DNA of 57,323 nt, filler included, from Circinaria calcarea (lineage: Eukaryota): the NCBI GenBank assembly GCA_051942165.1. It is 6 parts of 6 records of this genome, joined end to end, with 100 filler letters (N's around TTAATTAATTAA, not from the genome) between each part and the next. Parts side by side here need not be neighbours in the genome. Positions count along the whole stretch, not along the records: positions 47,876 to 57,323 come from JAVECS010000932.1; 5 more parts are not named here. One strand, written 5' to 3'. The translations under genes were made by a program, and so were the position numbers. The notes under the pieces are model-generated. The model was not told where the DNA came from. It saw nothing but the letters and a program-made list of their open reading frames with translations, and ran no database searches. Every line of letters starts with the position of its first letter. Within the stretch, counting starts at the first letter, position 1. This document shows positions 49,750 through 57,323 of the stretch, piece after piece.

Positions 49750-51372
49750 TCATTCCCCCTTCATCAAGAACCGCCGACAGACGCCTTCCCAGAGTAAATC
49801 GCAACCCCTTTCCCCACCTTCGTCCTCCGCAAACGCCAAGACTTTCTGCCTTCGGTTCCCCATATACTCGTTCTCTTCTCGCTCAGATACCCCTCCATTA
49901 CTCACAACAAGTGCTGCCCTATTGTCGGCTGTCCATTGGACCCAGGGCCCTTTGCCGCTAACGATGTAGTCGATAACTCTATCCCTCCATTGCTGGATAA
50001 CGACTTTGTAATCTGCGGATAAGCGATCCTCGTAAGCGCCTAGGAGAGATACAATATCCCACGTATGGGTTGCAAATTTCTCACTGGGCAATGGCCCCTC
50101 GAACGGATTCCCGAGGTCGAAAAGCTGTAGGTAGGTTCTTTGTCGTGGGGCGGAGCCAACGGCTTGGCTCCATGAGGCGGCAAAGAACCCGATGTCTGAT
50201 TCGAACTGGCAAATCTTGAGGAGGGCGTCGCTGTCGCTGTTGTCTTCACGAATATTATAGATTTCGAGGAGGCGGTCGGCGTCCTGGAGGACTTCGCGGC
50301 TGATTTTGATAAAGGATTTGGCGTGGTCTTTGCGATTGGCGTTGCTTTGGATCATGTTGTGGGAGATGGCACCGTCGTAGGAGGCGCTGCTGATGAGGGA
50401 GGAGTCGAGCCAGGATACCTGGCTCGGAGGACTACTGCGGAGGAGTTCCATAGTAGGTTTTTCGTAGGGGAGGATTTTGCTCTGGGTACATGGAGCGCCG
50501 ACGAAGGCTAACTCACGGATCTTTCCGACATCGATCTCGATCATGTCTCCTGCGATAGCTTGGCTGGATCGGTCTTCAACCTGGATGCCAAGCTTGGCAG
50601 CTTGCTGGAGGAAGTTTTCCTGGTGTTCATCTGGCGTCTTGGAAGGCATGCAGACCGGGGAGCCGGAAAACAAAACGCTTCGTCGATACAGGGGGGTTTG
50701 TTGGCCACTGAGATTATGCAAGCTCAGGCTCTCTCCGCCGGCGGACTGGCCAATTGCTGTTATGTTCTTTGGGTCACCACCGAAGCCGGATATGTTATTT
50801 CTGATCCATTCAAAGCAGCGTACCTGGTCATGAAGGCCATTGTTGGCAGGGATGAGGTCGGGTGCTTGGCTGGAATGGAAGAAGCCCAATGCTCCGAGAC
50901 GGTAGTTCATGGACACAAATACCAACGATCTAGCTGTTGATGCTGCTCGGGAGCAGAAAGTTAGGGGCGAGTAGTACGGGCGGTCTGCCGACCCGAGGAA
51001 GAAGGCGCCACCGTGGATGAATACCAAAACCGGCAATCGAGCGCTCGGCTGCACATGCTTGGGAACCGTGATGGTGACTGTTAAGCAATCCTCGCTCTGG
51101 TCTTGCTCCGAAAAGCCATCCGAGGGCAGCTGGTTGAGCTTTGCGTCGGTCTCGACCGCATTGTGAGGTTGGATGCTGGATGGACCGATTTTGGTGGCAT
51201 CGAAAGGTTGAGCTGGGTTGTTGGTGGGATTGGGTAACTTGTGAGCAACAATAGATCTTGCAAATCGACGAGGGATATTGGCATAGGGGATGGCGCGGTA
51301 TTGCAGGAGCAAAGGATCAATATGAAGACCTTTGATGGGCCCAAGGATTGGATGGTGGAGTATTAAAGTCAT
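49750..51372 (-). CDS. Type-B carboxylesterase (COesterase family), intronless, no signal peptide
   Basis: QSEDCL; VFIHGGAF oxyanion hole; NYRLGALGF; NNGLHDQ; FGGDPKNITAIGQSAGG (nucleophile Ser); likely acid in SYDG; His in ATHTWD. Confidence 0.95.
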   Translation of the reverse strand: MTLILHHPILGPIKGLHIDPLLLQYRAIPYANIPRRFARSIVAHKLPNPTNNPAQPFDATKIGPSSIQPHNAVETDAKLNQLPSDGFSEQDQSEDCLTVTITVPKHVQPSARLPVLVFIHGGAFFLGSADRPYYSPLTFCSRAASTARSLVFVSMNYRLGALGFFHSSQAPDLIPANNGLHDQVRCFEWIRNNISGFGGDPKNITAIGQSAGGESLSLHNLSGQQTPLYRRSVLFSGSPVCMPSKTPDEHQENFLQQAAKLGIQVEDRSSQAIAGDMIEIDVGKIRELAFVGAPCTQSKILPYEKPTMELLRSSPPSQVSWLDSSLISSASYDGAISHNMIQSNANRKDHAKSFIKISREVLQDADRLLEIYNIREDNSDSDALLKICQFESDIGFFAASWSQAVGSAPRQRTYLQLFDLGNPFEGPLPSEKFATHTWDIVSLLGAYEDRLSADYKVVIQQWRDRVIDYIVSGKGPWVQWTADNRAALVVSNGGVSEREENEYMGNRRQKVLAFAEDEGGERGCDLLWEGVCRRFLMKGE

Positions 51373-52261
51373 GGCGAGAAAGAAATAGAAAGTTCAAATT
51401 GAAATCACGATGCAAAGATTGCGATGAAATAAATATACGCCTTCCTCATCCGATTATCAACAAAAGAAACCGTATAGTCACTTACCTATATGACTACAAT
51501 CCAAGTCATGACATATTTGAAGTGGTTGACCCTCGCTTATTCCACTGGACATAGTTTCAAGTTGGGCAGCGCATAGAGTTTGAAGATGAAAGGGTAATGC
51601 GGCGCTTGGCACGTGCTAATTCAAAAGCCGCTAAGCTGTAAGGAGCATAGTGTCTTTACATGGCGCGCTTGGTTTGAACCTCTTTTGCTGATTTTTGACT
51701 GTGTAACCTTTATGGTAGGCATGCCGAACTTGATACACATTTGAACCTGCCAACAGTCCAGGAAGGTTTCTCAGTATAAAGTCAAGGTTACAACGGACAT
51801 TCTAATGTCTAAGACTTTCAACTCCCAAGATATTCGACGTATTGACCTGCAAATGACTGCTTCTCCATCACCCATGTTACACGACACATGCTGATCCGGT
51901 CTTCTGCTTCGAAAGGAGCGCATTTCAGTGTATCAAAGGTAGGTAGCGGCCTATGTTAGGACGAGAACGTTACCGTTGTCTTCCTTTTTTTCATATCCTT
52001 TAAAGAAGTTATATCTTTTGGATCTGTGGTAAATGATTGGTGAACAGCATATTGTTCGTATATTTCATCATAGAAGTTGTGATCAAATAAGACTTATCAC
52101 AACAGAATCAAAGTTCAGACAGCCTATGCTAAGGTAACGACAGTGATGCTTGCTAGCAGCAAGCCATAACCAACAACTACCCAGTTTCTCCTCTTGTGCC
52201 AGTTGCAACCTTGGTCAAACAGGATGGCTTGACAAGAGCTGCAAGCTATAAATCAAGGCAG

Positions 52262-52893
52262 TCAGCCGGTTCGGTAGACACCTACAAAGCCTCCGGAAGA
52301 TGGCTTTGCATGGACCCTGTGGTTGTTCTCACTGAGGTATCTTTTCATTGGTTCTTCGCCTTCGTGATCTTGCAATGTCTCCTCAAAGATTTCCTTGGAG
52401 AGATCGATGTCGAGGCTCTGAGCAGCAGCCATCACTCCACTGAGCTGCTTTCGCATGGGCTTAGCACCGACCGGGGCAGCGGCATGAAGACGAGCTTGTT
52501 CGCGGTTGTGCTGGACAAGACTCTGGCTTGTCAACTTGGTACCAAAGGCTCCATCGCTATTAGCGAGATTCCTGTGTGGGTCTTTATGGTTGTCTTTCGA
52601 AGTTTGAAAGGGAGGCTGGCTTTGGTGAGAGGTTGATCCAGTCCGACCATAGTCAGCGCAAGCGGAATTCCCCCTATCAGAAGACTGGTTAGCAGGGCCT
52701 CTCTACAGATTCAAGGAGGGAGGGAGATGGCAATGGATGAGAGTCTCCGCATTGAACGGTGAACGTGGTTGTGATTGATGGTCTAATGCCTGGGAAGAGA
52801 CAGCCTCGTGGAGTATGCTTACGGTCCATAAACGCAAGTTGATCCTAGAACCTGGGAACGGTCTTCTTGGAGTGTTTCTGCGGCGGAGGGCAT
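52262..52893 (-). CDS. Small hypothetical protein, 2 exons
   Basis: MPSAAETLQEDRSQVLGSTCVYGP, then a GTAAGC..GCTAAC..TAG intron (~52675-52822) that splices in frame to GNSACADYG...LTSQSLVQHN...FEETLQD. No recognisable domain. Confidence 0.45.
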
Positions 52894-53672
52894 CGTGGAC
52901 GAGAAGTCCCAGTGTAGAACACGGTGATAAATGCCTGAACGGCAATTGATATGCAAGACAGCTGTTCAAAGAATAGGCAACAAGCTGGAGAGGTACATAT
53001 ACTGTCTATCCTCCCACTAGAAAGCAGTGAAAGAGTATTGGTAACTCAGCGACGCAGAAGGAGAACTCCGAGACAAACCAAGGGAGAGGAAGATTATGTA
53101 GCTGTCAGCCAGTGCTGGCACACGACCATAGAAAATCATATCAAAGGCTTTGCACTTTCGAAGGATCGTCTTCATCACCGATCCGCAAAACATGGAACAT
53201 AGCCGATGAGTTACCCATTTCTCATCTACCCACGAAGCGTGGTAAACCTTCGAGACTATTCCAATCTGCCAATGGTGTAAAGATGGCTCTCGATGCCAAC
53301 GGCAACGTCCGGCTAATAATACGCTAGTAGGACAAAAGTGCAAAGTGGCGTGGCGCTAATGCACTCAAACCGGGGTGCGATTGCACTTTCCTTCATAGTT
53401 CGCATCGTTGTTCCTGTCCTTTCATGTCTGCAATTTTCTCATCAAAGTGCAATCGCACTTTCTGTACCCGAGACCAGATCAGGCACCCGCTTACCACTTA
53501 TTCGATAAGCGCCAAACCAGGGGACTCCGGAGCAAGCATTCGTGTGACTTTTATTTGCCTTGTCGCCTCGTAATGATTTCAGATACCTTGCAAGATCACA
53601 CTACTCCCGTGGGAGTAAACTTTCTTGCTTTCCTATTTCTTAAGGCTTCATTCACAACATATAGAACACAAG

Positions 53673-55761
53673 ATGTTGAAGGAATGGAAGAAAGTTAAAA
53701 GCAGGGTTCATCAATTTTATATTGTACAAAGAAAGCCACTTCGCACGGTGATCCAGTTGATGAGAGATGATTACCACTTCAGCGCTTCGTAAGTAATTGC
53801 GACAAAGAGTATCACTGTATCAGATATATTTAAACAAATACTATAGTGTACGGGCTTATAAAATTCAGCTTGATAAATGGGGCTTTCGAAAGTATAAGAA
53901 GACCAGAAAACACAGGGCTGGTCAACGACAACCACCCACCGCACATCCTGCCTTATTCCCCTCCATTCAGTCCCAAGACCTCATGTCTACGGTAGGAAAC
54001 GAAGTGGCTAGTTCTAGGTACATCCAATTATACGCTTTTATCACTCACTTGCTCATAATTCCGCCTGGCAGTGTATATTTACCCTCAGCAAATGAGTTGC
54101 TACTTAATTGGGACACTTTTCAGCCGGGACCAGCCTTTCCTCCGTCAAATGATCATACTTTACATCATGATGACGGAGAACAATACAGCGTACAGCCAGC
54201 ATTCCGTGTATCAAGCGTCAGCTCTACTTCCATCGAAAGTACAATGTCCTCTCCAGATCCTGAAAGTAATCCCTTAGACATTCAAGACCGTGAGGGCAAA
54301 ACCCCTCTTCACCATGCTGTCCTTAATGGAACACTGAAAGAGGTTGAACGACTATTGTCATTGGGAGCCACCGTCGATATACAGGATAATCAGAGCAACC
54401 AAGCGCTTCATTATGCGGCTAGCAGAGGCTTTCATGGCATCATTGAGCTTCTGTTAAAGTGGAAAACTGACGTAAATGCGATTGGTTCGGAGCAAAAAAC
54501 ACCAATACATATGGCTTTACGGTACCCGAAAGCATTCAGAGTCCTCCTCAAGGCACATCCCATCTTATCGGCGGGTGATGAACGAGGCGATACTGCGCTT
54601 CACCTAGCCATTTCTTTATCCGCGAACTATCCACTCGGAGGCAAAATTGTTGAAAAGCTACTCAGCTCAGGGGCCGATGTTAATGTGCGTAATAATGCTG
54701 GGGTTACCCCATTTCATATCGTGGTAAACCACACACAGCCTAGAGCTGGGTACTGTAACTATTATCTAGCCATCTTTCTGGAGAGGAATGCCAATCTCTC
54801 CCTACAGAACAACGATGGCGAGCTTCCCTTCGCTGTCTTCCTGGAGAAGTCGAATCTTTGCTGGATGAGGAATACCTATAGGACCCAAACCAATGTTGAT
54901 GCGAGCAGCATATTCAAAGCTTTTATTCGCAATGGAGCGGACCCCAACACCAGACTCAAAAACGGAGAAGTCATACTCCATGAATATTTTACAAGCCAGT
55001 TTTACAATCATGGAATCTTGGAGAGTCTCTGCGGCACCGCTAACATCTACCAACCTTCCAAAAATGGGGATTTCCCCTTACACAGCATTCTCCGACAGCC
55101 CTGCCATATAGCACACCTTACCAGCCGCATCGAAATTCTGTTCCGTCGCGGTGCGAATCCAAACCAAGTGAATAACGCTGGTGATCCTCCGATTATGGTG
55201 CTTCTTAAAAATAACGCAGTTAACTGTAATGAACGGACACTCGACGATATCTCCACAATTCTAAGGACTCTTCTAAATGGTGGAGCAGACCCAATGCAAA
55301 ATGATGCTTCTGGGGAACTCCCTATCTACGTGGTCGTTAAAAGCTACATCGGCAAAGCGCAAGAGACACTAGTTAAGCTCCTTGTGGATTCATTTATCAA
55401 AAGGGATGCAATCCTCGATGAGAACCTAGGAACTGATGATGATCAGTGGTGGTGGTGCCAATATAGCGTTTTGTGTCAAAGCAGATATTGGGATCCCACA
55501 ACTCAAAATCTCATATCCGGTGAAGGTATGCCTGCATCTATAGCTGATATTCTTCCCAAGATGCTGCTAGGTATGGCAGCCATACACATTCTTCCCGACG
55601 TCAAAGCCACGCTGGTAGAGCTGAAGGAAAGATTGGGATTGCAGCATGCAGATACACAAGCTGAACAGAATCACTTTCTGCGTATTCTCCGAGATTGCCG
55701 ATGGCTGGAACTTGATGTTGAGCCGAGCTGGTATCACTTTCTGCTGGATCTGTTCGAGTAA
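53673..55761 (+). CDS. Clr5-domain plus ankyrin-repeat protein
   Basis: Exon 1 MLKEWKKVKSRVHQFYIVQRKPLRTVIQLMRDDYHFSAS, intron 53789-53846, then VRAYKIQLDKWGFRKY (Clr5 signature). Ankyrin repeats GKTPLHHA, ALHYAASRG, GDTALHLA, GVTPFHI, GDFPLHSI follow. Confidence 0.88.
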
Positions 55762-57323
55762 GTGTCCGGATTCCAGCTGCAAGGAAGCTATCGTGGGTAG
55801 AGCGGTCTTGGCACGGCATACATGAATTTCCCTCACAGTAAGTCCTCCACTATCCAACTGACAATACAGCTTGATATACTAATCATCTATACCCTAGGCC
55901 CCTTTCCAGGCCGTATCTCTTGCTCAAAAAATGATGTATTGGAAACGCTCTTCCGCTTTCACAGCCGGCCCGACGATCCGACACTGGTCAACTTGACAAA
56001 CACGCCACCCAGATTCAAGTCGGCATCACCCAGCTACGAGGTCCAGTTACATCTGACAACATGGGAAACAGGCTGCGGATGGGGAATGCCAGCCCACAAA
56101 GCCCATAAGGCAGACTGCTGTTTTTAAGTAGGTAATATGCTAGGATGATACAGAACGTATCGATATATAGTTCAGCCTGCCTACTCCTGAATGCTTGGCA
56201 AGATTCGTTGCTGCTTTCTTTGATATAAGCATTGTTAGAGATTTTAGATCTCGTTAGGGTATGGTTGGATTTGGTCGGTAGTGTTTTGGGACGTCGAATC
56301 TGCTGGGATAATCGCATCCATGCACATTAGCGAGGATTTATCAGAGAGTTATAAGAAAAGACCTATTCAAATACCTGCTCCACGAACAGCAAATCTGAAG
56401 TTCTTGCACATAGTGTGGCGGAGACAAAAGCGGCTAGATTGGAAGGCATGGGTTTCGGAATGGTTTTGGCGCAAGCATAGGGGGACTTGGGGGAATATTT
56501 TCAACATACACACATGAAATACATAGAATAGCGGTTCGGCAGTACAGCAACAGTATTGGATTCAGCTATTACATGACCTCCATATGCGCAATGCACTGGA
56601 GCAGTCAGTTCATGCCATATACTCTCTGATTTTTCCACCTTTAGGACTTCGAAGCCTATTCTCGACAGCGTCTTTGCCTATATCTTGGGAGCATAGCGGA
56701 GCACCCTATCGCCTTCACAACAGTGCAATAGCAAGGCCAGACGAACGCGAAGCGGCGAGACCCGAAATGGTGATTGCAAATGACCAAGCCAATCTGCCCA
56801 GGCACCACCTTTGCGATCTCCAATATAAAAGGGATAAATTACAGTCCCTTCATTTAAGTCGAACCTCTTGAAAAGGTTCATGGTGCGGCGCCAAATTCCG
56901 CCATTCGTATTCCCAAGCACATAAAATACGGCCAACTCCCAATATCTTGTGATATTGATAAGTAAAACATGCTTCGAAAGAGTGTAAGCATAGGTTGCCA
57001 AGGAAAGGTAAGTTTTGAAGAGCCATGTAAACGTTTGAGCATCATGGATTGGGTTTCAAGGGGCTGCTGAGCATTTATGTACGGTGTGGAAATCTTGTTA
57101 CGCTGGACGCTTTCTGAGGCAGTTAACAGCCCTCAATCCTGTGTTTTTCTGTAAACACTTTGGATCCAATTTTACAACATCGCTGCGTCCCACGGAGCTT
57201 GACCCAAGAAGTTCGCGCTCGGGCTCGCGGCCTTGCTTTTGAGGAAACTCGGTGCAGCCTGCCTTGATACCTGCAAACCGTGATAGATTAGATTGTTGAC
57301 ACAACGGTACGGCCATAGGATTG

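Noticed and set aside
47491..51372. Extending the biosynthetic cluster to include the carboxylesterase
   Set aside because: It lies across an artificial linker (47776-47875) on a different contig.
57304..57323. GGTACGGCCATAGG resembles the 5' end of a fungal 5S rRNA gene
   Set aside because: Only ~18 nt before the window ends; it cannot be distinguished from chance.

Overview
Eukaryotic DNA from a filamentous ascomycete (Pezizomycotina; short GT-AG introns with CTRAC branch points). The window is not one locus. It is six probably unrelated ~9.5 kb contigs of descending length (9480, 9477, 9474, 9473, 9471, >=9448 bp) joined by artificial 100-bp N44-TTAATTAATTAA-N44 linkers, so adjacency across linkers means nothing. 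Contig 1: MUS81, a small acidic protein, a AAA ATPase and an OTT_1508-like Zn deaminase. Contig 2: gene-poor, one conserved hypothetical gene. Contig 3: PNG1, UTP4 and two pseudogenes. Contig 4: a large fungal AAA ATPase and a small C2HC-finger protein. Contig 5: a probable secondary-metabolite cluster fragment (UbiA prenyltransferase, Pth11-like membrane protein, FAD monooxygenase, laccase-like multicopper oxidase). Contig 6: a carboxylesterase, a Clr5-ankyrin protein and a 474-bp non-coding miniature LTR retroelement (TRIM-like). That element has 77-bp LTRs, a multipartite primer-binding site complementary to the 5' half of initiator tRNA-Met, and Pol III A/B-box-like motifs. The mini-LTR element and the prenylated-(hydro)quinone-type cluster are the best novelty candidates.
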